This document shows, in pieces, positions 25,970 through 38,440 of a DNA stretch of 64,000 nucleotides. A program made the position numbers and the translations under genes. How positions within the stretch are numbered: the first letter of the stretch is position 1; every line of letters starts with the position of its first letter. Below the pieces are notes generated by a model. The model had not been told where the DNA came from and made no database searches. It was given only the letters and a program-made list of their open reading frames with translations. This stretch comes from Eledone cirrhosa (lineage: Eukaryota), in the NCBI GenBank assembly GCA_964016885.1, contig OZ024741.1, positions 221,216,001 to 221,280,000 on the forward strand, written 5' to 3'.

Positions 25970-27160
25970 TCTACAGTCTTGTACTCCATTCACAACTACA
26001 TTCCTGTACTCCATTCACAACTAGTCTTGTACTCCATTCACAACTACAGTCTTGGGCTCCATTCACAACTACAGTCTTGGGCTCCATTCACAACTACAGT
26101 CTTGGGCTCCATTCACAACTACAGTCTTGGGCTCCATTCACAACTACAGTCCTGTACTCCATTCACAACTACAGTCTTGGGTTCCATTCACAACTACAGT
26201 CCTGTACTCCATTCACAACTACAGTCTTGGGTTCCATTCACAACTACAGTCTTGGGCTCCATTCACAACTACAGTCCTGTACTCCATTCACAACTACAGT
26301 CTTGGGCTCCATTCACAACTACAGTCCTGTACTCCATTCACAACTACAGTCTTGGGTTCCATTCACAACTACAGTCTTGGGCTCCATTCACAACTACAGT
26401 CCTGTACTCCATTCACAACTACAGTCTTGGGTTCCATTCACAACTACAGTCTTGGGCTCCATTCACAACTACAGTCCTGTACTCCATTCACAACTACAGT
26501 CTTGGGTTCCATTCACAACTACAGTCCTGTACTCCATTCACAACTACAGTCTTGTACTCCATTCACAACTACAGTCTTGGGCTCCATTCACAACTACAGT
26601 CCTGTACTCCATTCACAACTACAGTCTTGGGTTCCATTCACAACTACAGTCCTGTACTCCATTCACAACTACAGTCTTGGGTTCCATTCACAACTACAGT
26701 CCTGTACTCCATTCACAACTAGTCTTGTACTCCATTCACAACTACAGTCTTGGGTTCCATTCACAACTACAGTCCTGTACTCCATTCACAACTAGTCTTG
26801 TACTCCATTCACAACTACAGTCCTGTACTCCATTCACAACTAGTCTTGTACTCCATTCACAACTACAGTCTTGGGTTCCATTCACAACTACAGTCCTGTA
26901 CTCCATTCACAACTAGTCTTGTACTCCATTCACAACTACAGTCTTGGGTTCCATTCACAACTACAGTCCTGTACTCCATTCACAACTACAGTCTTGTACT
27001 CCATTCACAACCACAGTCTTGGGCTCCATTCACAACTACAGTCCTGTACTCCATTCACAACCACAGTCTTGGGCTCCATTCACAACCACAGTCTTGGGCT
27101 CCATTCACAACCACATATCCTCCATTGACAACTACAATGTAGGGCTCCATTCACAACTAC
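25970..27160. repeat. 25-bp minisatellite (cagtcttgggctccattcacaacta / cagtcctgtactccattcacaacta), ~47 copies
   Basis: Tandem array with interspersed variants and occasional 23-bp units. Confidence 0.95.
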
Positions 27161-27360
27161 ACTAATTGGTGTATTTACCCAGTGTTAGAAACAAAACTTA
27201 CCCAAAGACCCTTACATATAACTAGTATATTTACCCATTGTTGGGAACATATCTTACTAAGAGATACTTACCCTGGTATCTACCGAGTTCTTGTTTTTGT
27301 AGTAAGTTTTCACCATATTGGATTCCTGTGACATTCAAAGAAGCTAGAATCACATATACA

Positions 27361-27561
27361 CAGGCTGAGCATAAAGTCTTTGAGACCACAACACACAGCT
27401 TTTTGTTTCATAGACGACATTTTGTTATTGAAAATTACAGCTACTTCCTGTAGAAAAACTTTAATCTTGAAATTTATAAAGTAAAACAATGAAAAAGTAA
27501 AATCTCAAATATTATCCGAGATATGGTATCTTATATCAGGAAAGACTTTATGCTCACCCTG
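27361..27561. mobile_element. Tc1/mariner-type MITE
   Basis: 21-bp TIRs caggctgagcataaagtcttt / aaagactttatgctcaccctg, followed by TA. Confidence 0.85.
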
Positions 27562-27855
27562 TATATATGTGTGTATGTGTGTATCTGTGTGTATGTGTGT
27601 GTCTGTATGTGTGTGTCTGTATATGTGTGTCTGTGTGTTGAACAATGAAAATAAACTGCAAAGTTTAATGCTTAAACAATTCATTGTTTTACAATCATTT
27701 CAGGAGATTGATTGATCATGATAAATCAATAAAGTGACTAATTGGTAGTAGTTATGTGACTCCATATTATTGGTATTGATACTATAGATCTATCTCACTG
27801 TCTTTGTCAGATTATTTCATAAAAATGTGATAGAAGGTTTTAATTTAACCCATTT

Positions 27856-28103
27856 GAAGGTGCATGGCTTAGTGGTTAGAACATTGGGCTTGCAATCAAA
27901 AGATTGTGAGTTCAATTCTCGGACCGGCTGATGTGTTGTTTCCTTGAGCAAGACACTTTATTTCACGTTGCTCTAGTTTACTCAGTTGTAGAAATGAGAT
28001 GATAGGGACTGGGGTCCCTATCATTAAATCACCCAAGACACCTCCAACGAGATATACCTCAGAGGAGGCCAGCTAAACCTGCATAGCTGTGAGCTGTAAC
28101 ACA
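27856..28103 (+). mobile_element. SINE family 1 head and core with an alternative (non-RTE) tail
   Basis: Matches family 1 up to the hairpin atgatagggac-tggg-gtccctatcat, then diverges. Confidence 0.85.
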
Positions 28104-28199
28104 TATTTGATATATTTCCAGTGAAATACTCTGCTATGTATTTCAAATAATTTTGTAGGTTGTAATAAAATAATTAATTTCTCTATTACTAAGCTGAAG

Positions 28200-28610
28200 A
28201 GCAGGGTATTGGCAGTATTGGTAGAACATTGGATCACTTTTATGGCATAGTGTTACTTCCCTTTGTGTTCTGAGTTCAAATTCCACCAAGGTTAGCTTTG
28301 CCTTTCATCATTACAGGGTTGATAAAATAAAGTACCAGTAATGCACTTTATATTTTAAAAATCTGGATTTGTGAGTGATGTGTTTTTCCTAATAACTGCT
28401 TCTAATTTAGGCACAAGGCCAGTAATTTTGAGGGGGGAGGGGGATAAAGTTGATTAAATCAACCGTCAGTACTTTACTGGTCCTATATATTATCAATACT
28501 GGAAGGATGAAAAGCAAAGCTGACCTCACCACCATGTGAACTCAGAATATAAAGGGCAGTAAAACATTGTGGCCAATGTTCTAATGATTCCATTAATCCA
28601 CCATTCTTAT
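28200..28610. mobile_element. Two SINE family 2 copies in convergent orientation
   Basis: Plus copy ~28200-28347, minus copy ~28395-28605. Confidence 0.65.
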
Positions 28611-28654
28611 GGTTTTCATAGTAATACAATAAATAAAGCATTTTCCTTTTGAAA

Positions 28655-29470
28655 TATCACAGGGTTAACCCTTGTGAGATGTGGTGTATGGTGGGTATTA
28701 TCACCGGGTTAACTCATGTGAGCTGTAGTGGGTCTTATCACAGGGTTAACTCTTGTGAGATGTGATGGGTCTTATCACAGGGTTAATTCTTGTGAGATGT
28801 GATGGGTCTTATCACAAGGTTAACTCTTGTGAGATGTGATGGGCTTTATCACAGGGTTAACCCTTGTGAGATATGGTGGGTTTTATCACAGGGTTAACCC
28901 TTGTGAGATGTGATGGGTCTTATCACAGGGTTAACTCTTGTGAGATGTGATGGGTCTTATCACAGGGTTAACTCTTGTGAGATGTGATGGGTCTTATCAC
29001 AGGGTTAACCCTTGTGAGATGTGATGGGTTTTATCACAGGGTTAACCCTTGTGAGATGTGATGGGTCTTATCACAGAGTTAACCCTTTTGAGATGTGATG
29101 GGTCTTATCACAGGGTTAATTCTTGTGAGATGTGGTGGGTCTTATCACAGGGTTAACCCTTGTGAGATGTGATGGGTCTTATCACAGGGTTAACTATTGT
29201 GAGATGTGATGGGTCTTATCACAGAGTTAACCCTTGTGAGATGTGATGGGTCTTATCACAGGGTTAACCCTTGTGAGATGTGATGGGTCTTATCACAGGG
29301 TTAACTCTTGTGAGATGTGATGGGTTTTATCACAGGGTTAACCCTTGTGAGATGTGGTGGGTCTTATCACAGGGTTAACCCTTGTGAGATGTGGTGGGTC
29401 TTATCACAGAGTTAACCTTTGTGAGAAGTGGTGTATTGTAAATTTTAGTTGACACTTGTGAGCAGTGGTA
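28655..29470. repeat. 37-bp minisatellite with a palindromic core (tcacagggttaacccttgtga), ~21 copies
   Basis: Unit atcacagggttaacccttgtgagatgtgatgggtctt. Confidence 0.93.
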
Positions 29471-29679
29471 TATGGTCATTCTAGTTATAAGTTGATCCTT
29501 GTGAGCAGGGTTGGACTCTTATAACAACACCCAAGGGTCAGTTGGTGGTGTTAAATTGAGCAATGGCCTTAATCTACTATCTTGACCAATACCCCAATTA
29601 TCTCACCAGTTCACTACCATAGACTTCTCCAGACTAACTCTACCACCTCATCCATATCTTTTCCAACACTACAACTTTC

Positions 29680-29990
29680 AGAAGTCCTGAAAAAGATCAT
29701 GGGAACTCAGCAGTCCTGAGAAGGGCATGGAGTCTCAACAGTTCTGCAAAGGGTTATGAGGTTTTAGCAGTCCTGAGAAGAGTTATGAAGTCTCAGAAGC
29801 TCTGGGGAGGGTTATGAGGTCTCGGAAGCCCTGGGAAGGGTTATGAGGTCTCGGAAGCACTGGGAATTGTTATGAGCTCTCGGAAGCCCCGGGAAGGGTT
29901 ATGAGCTCTCAGAAGCCTTAGGAGGGTTATGAGGTCACAAAAGCCCTGGGAAGGGTTATGGTGTCTCAGAAATCTTGGGAAAGGCCATGG
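29680..29990. repeat. ~29-bp diverged tandem repeat (gggaagggttatgaggtctcggaagccct)
   Basis: ~10 units. Confidence 0.8.
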
Positions 29991-30685
29991 CTCATGGCTT
30001 CTACCCTTTCTCCTAATTAGCCAATAATAAAAAGCTATACTCTTTTACTCTTTTACTCCTCCAGTCAGCCGGCTGAGGCCATGCTGGGGCACCATATGAA
30101 TATTTATAAATTTGTTTCTAAAACAATTCACCTTAACCAAACTAGCCTAGGAAAAGTAGTTGTACAATTAATTGAAATACAAAAAACCAAAGAAACAAAG
30201 AAACATTGCACTTAAAACATGAAATAAATCTAAAATTTGCCTCATATTCTATTTAATTTTGGTCATATTTTAAAGCACGTACTGCAAACTTACACATTTG
30301 TTTTCCATTAACAAAATTTCATACCTCTTTAACAAAAATAATTAAACTTCTCTAGACCATTTCTTTAAAAAAAAAGTTTAAATCATATTCAGTAATATTT
30401 CAAGAAAATTAAATTTAAACATTTTTATTTTTTATTTCTTTACTTTCATAGAGTGAACGAAAAACGATGTTAAATTTAAAAGCTGTTTCTTGTTTATCAA
30501 TATTTTGAAATATCATTTTCCTTGGTACAAAACTTAAACATCTTTTAAACAAACTTTCAGTTTTTTCATCACTTATAAACATAATTTAAACTTTATCTAT
30601 CTGTGTGTATGAGTGTGTGTATGTGTGTGTGTATGTGTGTGTGTGTATATATATACAGAGATATAGATATATAGATATGTATGTA

Positions 30686-32620
30686 TGTGTTGGCACTCTC
30701 ACAAGTAGATCTGGTGAAATAGCGGAGATGCTGGAGAGAAGGCATGTGTATGTGTGCTGCGTGCAAGAGGTGAGATGGAGAGGTGCCTCTGCGAGACTAA
30801 TCACAGGCAAACATCTTAGTTATAAGCCTTTCTGGGTAGGTAAGGATGATGGGTTAGGGGTAGTAGGCATTTTCCTGGCTGAGAGATGCATTGATAAGAC
30901 AATAGAGGTAGTTCGAGTTTATAATAGAATAATTAAGCTTAGGTTAGTCGTAGGCAAGAGACTACTGACAATCATCTCTGCCTATGCTCCCCAAGCAGGC
31001 CTAGGTAAAGAAGAGAAAGACTGCTTTTACGAGCAACTTTTACAAACAGCCTCAATAACAGGATGGTTACATTAGGGTATATAGTGGGCATGGTTACAGT
31101 CCAAGAAATGAAGGAGTGAGACTTCTTGAATTTTGTGATGCAAGTACACTAACCATTTGCAACACTAACTTCCAGAAACCTGCCAACCACCTAATAACCT
31201 ACAAATCAGGTGAGCACATAAGCCAGATTGACTTCTTACTAATTAGGCAGTGTGACAGACAGATGGTGTCAAATACCAAGGCATACCCTGGGGAAGAATG
31301 TACCCCACAGCATAGGTTAGTCGTTAGTGATATCTCAGTAAGCAAGAGATGGAATGAGACATACAGGAAGGTGTGGAGAAGAAAGGTCTGGAAGCTAAAA
31401 GACCATTCACTAAAATACAAATTTAGGAAAGCCCTTCAAGATGTGTATGACGAAAAAGAAGACGATTTAGAGTCGTATGACATAGATGAGAACTGGAATT
31501 TCTTACGTGACAACTTACTGCAGGCTCTGATGAAACTTGTGGCTGGAGCAGAGCTCCATCCAGATAGAGAGTGACCTGGTGGTGGAACAGCACGGTAGAT
31601 AGGGCCATTAGAGACAAAAGACTAGCATGGAACACTTGGAAAAAGGGTGGGAGTATGGAAGGATAAGCAGCCGCGAAGAGAGAAGCTAGACGTCAGGTGT
31701 ATTTAGCCCGCAGGGAGGCTGAGAGTAGGAGGTTTGCGATGAGTAGATCAGAGATGTGCGGTGTTCCACATTGCAAGGCAGTGTGTCAATGCAAATCAGG
31801 ATGTTGTTGGAGATAAATGTGTCCGGAATGATGCTGGTGTACTTAGTGTCACGAATGATCAGAAAAAGGAGGCCTGGAAATTTCATTATGACAGACTGAT
31901 GAATGTGGAGAACGAATGGGAGAGAGAGAAATTACCCTCAGTAGATCTGACAGAGGGACCAGCTATTGAGATTGATGAATATAGGGTCCAAGAGGCGATT
32001 AAGGAAATGAAAAATGGTAAGGCCGCTGGACCGTCGGGGATAGTTACTGAGATGCTGAAGGCATCAGGGGACGTAGGCACTAAACTGGTTGTATGCATCA
32101 TCAATCAGGCTATATATAGTGGTGTCATACCCAAAGACTGGTGCAGCAGTATTCTCATAAATTGCTACAAAGGTAAAGGGGATGCTCTGGAGAGGAGCTA
32201 TTATAGGGGTATAAAACTAATGGATCAGGTTATGAAAGTGGCAGAAAGGATATTAGCACAACTAATTAGAGAAAGGGTCAAACTAGATGAGATGCAGTTT
32301 GGTTTTGTGCCTCGGAAAAGTACTACAGATGCCCTCTTCTTAGTGAGGCAACTACAAGAGAGGTTCTTAGAGAAGAATAAGCTACTAAACTTATCTTTTG
32401 TTGAGCTAGAGAAGGCCTTTGATAGGGTACCCCGATCTGTCATCTGGTGGTCCCTAAGGAAACTAGGTGTTGAGGAATGGCTTGAGGACAGTGCAAACTT
32501 TGTACAGAGGAGTTTAAGACTGGCTGTTCATGGGAACTTCTCTATGCTGACGATCTGGTTTTTATAGCAGAATCAGTAGAGGAGCTAGAGAATAAATTCT
32601 GGCTATGGAAACAGCAATTA
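30686..32620 (+). mobile_element. RTE LINE family B, decayed, internally deleted and 3'-interrupted
   Basis: VGTL..EMLERR..CCVQEVRW (APE) through the RT QFGF/KAFDRV motifs; high similarity to 14083-16981; matching 3' tail fragment at ~33308-33397. Confidence 0.9.
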
Positions 32621-33407
32621 CCCCAGTGCATTACTGGTACTTTATTTTATCAACCCCGTAAGGATGAAAGCCAAAGTTCATCTTGGCGGGATTTGAACTC
32701 AGTACATAAAGGGCCGTAACTCTATGCTACAAAGCATGGCATCCACGTATTTGATATGTGAGATAATTATTTGAGGTAAAGCCTTTACCATGAAAATATA
32801 ATAGTAAATATTGAATAATTTAAATGTTAAAGGGTTAACACTATAGAATGGTGTTTTCTGTAATATTATGTAAATATAATAAATTTTTTTAAACCATCGG
32901 AGGCTGGGGATGACACCATCACTAAATGCTACTGAATGAAGGTGTCATATATTTAGATAAACTATCAGTTTGAAATGAATAAAGAAGCTTCTATTGACTT
33001 CTTTGTTACTTATTTTGAAAATATATTTAACACGGAAATTACTCCACACACATATATTATATGCAAACACTCACACACACACACAAACACACAAACACAC
33101 AAACACACCCATACACAGACACAGACACTCATACAGACACTCATACACACACACAGACATTCATACACACACGACTAGAATTTGAGGCAAGTAAATGCCC
33201 CACCACTGCCACCACCACTAAAAACAATTTAGACCTATGGCAACTCTCCACCTCATCTGACAGACCTGCACACATATCTTCAGATATGTTCATATATATA
33301 TATATATGACAAGTGGAGAGATACTGAATAGGACCTGTCCCACCGTTACAAGCAGGGAAAAGCGGACGTTAAATGATGATGATGATGATGATGATGATAT
33401 ATATTTA

Positions 33408-33676
33408 CCGTATTTCCCGGCATTGAAGATGCTACTTTTTTCCTAAAATAAGTCTCAAAAATCTACCATGTGTTCTGGAGGCTGAAGATTGTTTATTATT
33501 TTTTTTTCTTTTGCCTTTCATCCTTACGGGGTCGATAAAATAAAGTACCAGTAATACACTGGGTAATTGCTGGCCTTGTGCCTAACGTAGAAACAATTTT
33601 TTTTTTTCTAATTTTTGGTTGTCAAAATTAGGGTGCATCCTCGAGGACGAAGCATCTTCAGCACTAGAAAATACGA
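33408..33676. mobile_element. CCGTATTT-type MITE with a nested SINE fragment
   Basis: ta-ccgtatttccc ... gaaaatacg termini; SINE family 2 piece at ~33508-33597. Confidence 0.55.
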
Positions 33677-35388
33677 TCATCATCATCATCACCATTTTAC
33701 GTCCGTTCTTCCACGCTAGCATGGGTTAGACAGGTTGTCCTGTTGTGGGCAGTGTCCGGTCGGCTGACCTTGTCTTGCTCATACGGGAACTGATTCTGGC
33801 TTTATTTCTACAGCTGGATTTACAGTGAGTGCTGGGTGCTTTTTCGTGGCGCCTACACGTCCACTTTACAGTGTGGGCTGGGTGCTTTTTTGCCGTGGCA
33901 CCTCCACGACCACCTTGCAGTGGGGGGTGTGGGGGCATATTGTCTATATGCTTCAGCTTGTACCCATGGGAGGTCGGGTACTCTGTATTACTGCGTGACG
34001 CCAGAGGTCACGGTCGTGTGTCATCGCCTTTGAGAGGTGTAATTGGGTAAGGTCGGCTTTTATCACCTCATCCCAGGTCTTCTTGGGTCTGTCCACTCTG
34101 CGGTTTCCATCGACTTCTAGTGCTCTGCACCTTTTTATGCAGCTGTCATCCTTCATACACATCACATGTACATACCAACACAACCACCTCTCCTGCACAC
34201 ACCATTTGATTCCTTTTATGCTCAGTCTCTCTCTCAATTCATTTATGCTTTGCTATTCATGTATATTACTATTACACATCCATCGGAGCATGCAGGCTTC
34301 GTTTCTTTCTAATCTACGCAAGTCTTCCACAGACAGTGCCCAGGTCTCACTACCATGTACCATTGCTGTTCGTATACACGCATCATACAGTCTGCCTTTC
34401 ATTTTGAAGGAAAAGCCTTTTGCAGCTAGCAATGGCAGTAGTTCCCTGAACTTCTTCCATCCCGTTCTTACCCTAGTTATTGTACTTTCTGAACACCCAC
34501 CTCCGCTGGTAATTCGGTCACCTAGGTAGCAGAAGCTATCTACTGTTTCTACAGAGCCCTCTCAGAGATTGGTGGTACTTGTTTCCTGTGGCTGTTTGCT
34601 ACTTGCTGTGCCAGCACAGCTGCTGCATGTGAAGCCTACATTCTTAATTAAGCTTCCTGAGATCCCGCTACATCTCTTGTGTACCCATTGTTTGCATTTG
34701 GGGCAGAGAATGGAGTTCCTACCTACACCATTCCTACATACTGAGCAAGGCCATTTCCCTGAGGGGATCTGGGTTCTGTTTTCTCATCTACTTACAAGGA
34801 CCTTTGTCTTTGTCAGGTTGACTTTGAAACCCTTTCTTTCTAGTCCCTGCTTCCAAGTTTGGAATTTCTTCTCTAGTTCTACCATAGATTCAGCTATAAA
34901 TGCGAGGTCATCTGCATACAGGAATTCCCATGGGCATCCGATCTTAAACCCCCTCCGTTATTGCCTGCAGGACTATGATGAACAGAACAGGGCTAAGAAC
35001 AGAGCCCTGGTGGACACCAACCTGTACACTAAATTCCTTGCTATACTCATTGCTAATCCTAACTTTGCTGACTGCTCCCCATTACATGGCTTTTACAGCT
35101 TTCACAAGCCATTCCTCTACTCCTAATTTTCCAAGAGCCCACCAGATTATAGCACGTGGAACTCTGTCAAAGGCTTTCTCGAGATCGACGAATGCCAAAT
35201 AGAGTGGCTTACTTTTAGGTAGGTACTTTTCCTGTAACTGCCTCACAAGGAAGAGGGCATCAGTGGTGCCTCTTCCTCGTACAAACCCAAATTGCATCTC
35301 ATCTAGTTTCACCCGGTCTCTAATCAGCTGTGCTATAACTCTTTCTGTTACTTTCATGACCTGGTCCATCAGCTTTATACCTCTAAAG
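33675..35388 (-). mobile_element. RTE LINE family C, 5'-truncated, with its 5' end abutting (TA)n
   Basis: [27 protein letters not shown]; YADD; zinc-finger insert; 3' UTR and (GAT)n tail. Confidence 0.9.
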
Positions 35389-35448
<60 letters not shown>

Positions 35449-35458
35449 TATACATATA

Positions 35459-35490
<32 letters not shown>

Positions 35491-35491
35491 C

Positions 35492-35612
<121 letters not shown>

Positions 35613-35647
35613 ATATAAGATCAAAAGATGGTTAAAAGAGTTCCAAG

Positions 35648-35718
35648 TATTTTATTATGCGCATTTCAAAAACAAATATCATCCTGGGATGATATCTGCG
35701 TTTTCATCAGATAAAATA
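35648..35718 (-). ncRNA. Type I hammerhead ribozyme, best-conserved example
   Basis: TATTTTAT-CTGATGA-aaacGCAGATATCATC-ccag-GATGATATTTGTtttt-GAAA-T-GCGC-ATA-ATAAAATA: 8-bp stem I, long stem II, palindromic loop III. Confidence 0.9.
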
Positions 35719-35835
35719 GCTGATACATGATATGAAGCTTAAAAAACACCTGTGAATAGTGAAGTTTTAAATCAACATTGCTTTATTGTGCTACAATAAA
35801 ACTCACCTCCTACATATATATACATATATATATAC

Positions 35836-35883
<48 letters not shown>

Positions 35884-35978
35884 TATAAATTATGTCCTTA
35901 GAATCATTTGATAAGATATATACTCAATTTCCTCTCCCATATCTATAACTTTATCTAGTTTGTGTATATGTAAATCTT

Positions 35979-36026
<48 letters not shown>

Positions 36027-36027
36027 C

Positions 36028-36074
<47 letters not shown>

Positions 36075-36389
36075 TTACAACCAAATTTTGAGCAAGAAGG
36101 ATGGAAGAAAATTTACTCCAAACATTTGATTTTAATTTTAAATCCTTAGCTTTTAACTCCTATTAATTCTTTTTAATTTTTAATTCAATACTCAACATTT
36201 GATAAGATGGGTTTTAATAATACATCGAAACTGGTAATACTTTATATACTTTATATACATTATAAAACTTTTTTTTGAAAAGAATTGTCCTTCAATAATA
36301 TTATCTTTTCAATAATGTCACTTTGACGAATCAAAAAAAAAAATCAGACCCTTAAATATATTTCCCATGCTATTTCCAACTTCACCTTT

Positions 36390-36440
<51 letters not shown>

Positions 36441-36823
36441 ATTAAATGTGAAAATATTTTGGTTACCATCTGCCCCTTTTCATTGTACTCTGTAAGGGAA
36501 AAGGAAAACAAACAGAATATTTATTTGCAGGATTTTATATTAATTTCTATTGTTTTGTATAGTTTGTGTGTGTGCATACATGGTTATTGGTATATATATG
36601 TGCATGTGTGTGTATGTGCATAACTAGTTATTTGTATATATGTGTGTGTGCACACATGAATAGTTGTTTGAATATGTGTGTGTGCATAAATAGTTATTTG
36701 AATGTGGGTGGGTGTGTTTGGAAAGAGTGGGGGAGGATAGGGAGAGAAGGTAACATGAGTGAAGTAAGAGAGAGAGAGAGTAGTAGTGAGAGAGAAAGTA
36801 ATCAGTGATAGATAGATAGATAA

Positions 36824-37143
36824 ATTTTTTTATTAGCCACAAGGGCACAAAAGAAGGGGACAAATACAAATGGGGAGTTTATATACAGGTATATGAAAAT
36901 AAAACTATTAATACAACAAATAACAATTGAAATCCCCAATAGGGGGGGGGGTTACACAGGGGTTGTACACACCCCGAAAAAATGTACAACCCTCATCTCC
37001 AGGAGCACCAAGAGTGAGTACTCCCTTCCTCTCTTCCTCTTTTTCCTCAACCTACAGGCTTACATAGGGAGGGGGCCCAACCACTCGGGCCATCTTTGCC
37101 ACATTCACCCACCTTTTATAAAATGTGCTGGGGTACAGCACCT
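36824..37143 (-). mobile_element. Tx1-like LINE 3' fragment 1 in (GATA)n
   Basis: Homologous to the ORF2 end and 3' UTR of 38227-44022; AATAAA then (ATCT)n. Confidence 0.85.
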
Positions 37144-37223
37144 AGATAGACAGAGAGACAGACGGACAGACAGACAGACAAGCAGATAGACAGACAGGCA
37201 TGTCGGTCGACAGATAGACAGGC

Positions 37224-37287
<64 letters not shown>

Positions 37288-37326
37288 CAACAGTCAGACA
37301 GACAGACAGGTGTGTAGATAGATATA

Positions 37327-37667
37327 TTTCTTTATTTGCCACAAGGGCGCACAAGAAAAGGGGACAAAACAAAGACACATGCCAGGCATTTTACATACAG
37401 TCATGTAAAAAAAGTTTTAACATGAAAATATAACAATCGAAATCCCCAATAGGGGGCAGGCGTTACAAATGGGTTGTTTAATACCCCGTAGATAGAACAA
37501 CCCTCAACTCCAGGAGCGTGTTGTGCAAGTGCTCCTTTCTTCCTTTTGCTCTCTTCTTCAACCTACAGGTTTATATACAGAGAAGGCCCAATCACTCGGG
37601 CCATTTTCACTTCATTCACCCACCTTTCAGTAAATTTAAAGGGGTGCAGTGCCTCTCTCTCCACTCT

Positions 37668-37668
<1 letters not shown>
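37327..37668 (-). mobile_element. Tx1-like LINE 3' fragment 2 in (GATA)n
   Basis: Same 3' end: cccttgtggcaaataaagaaa. Confidence 0.88.
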
Positions 37669-37710
<42 letters not shown>

Positions 37711-38210
37711 TTCTTTATTAGTCACAAGGGCGCACAAGAAAAGGGGACAATACAAAGACATGCCGAGGATTTTACATACAGTCGTGTAAAAAATATAAAA
37801 ACAAACAATTACAACAATCGAAATCCCCAATAGGGGGGAGGCGCCACAAATGGGTTGTTTAATACCCCGTCGATAGAATAACCCTCAACTGCAGGAGCGT
37901 GTGGTGCAAGTGCTCCTTTCTTCCTATTGCTCTCTTCCTCAACCTACAGGTTTATATACAGAGAAGGCCCAATCATCTCAGGCCATTTTCACTTCATTCA
38001 CCCACCTTTCAGTAAATTTACTGGGGTGAAGTACCTCTCTCTCCACCCTGATTCCCCTTCTAAAGTGATACTTAAAGAAGGGAATCAATTGTTGTCCGGA
38101 GAGAAAGGCATCTGTCCTCAGTCCTCTCAACCTCGTCCACCATATAACCTCTTCCACCATAGCCACCGTAGAGAGGAAAACTGCTTCTCTTTCATTTTTG
38201 AAAGAGGCTG
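37711..38210 (-). mobile_element. Tx1-like LINE 3' fragment 3 in (GATA)n
   Basis: Encodes EAVFLSTVAMVEEVIWWTRLRGLR..., homologous to the ORF2 C-terminus. Confidence 0.9.
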
Positions 38211-38440
38211 AGATAGATAGATAGATTTCTTTATTTACCATAAAGGCATAAAAAGAAGGGACAAATACAAAGGGGGAGTTTACATATAATCGAGTAAAAA
38301 GGGTGTAACATGAAAATAATCGAAAATAACCTCAAAAGGGAGGGGACGTGATGGGGGTTGCACACACCCCCGAAAAAGTGTGCAATCCTTTGCCCAGGGA
38401 GCACATGGAGAAGGTGCTCCCCTCTCCTTTACTTCTTTAC

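Noticed and set aside
25966-27165. Long ORFs (up to 316 aa) over the 25-bp array
   Set aside because: Open in all three frames only because the unit lacks stops; no coding evidence.
28655-29470. 37-bp palindromic repeats as CRISPR
   Set aside because: The intervening sequence is constant, not unique spacers.
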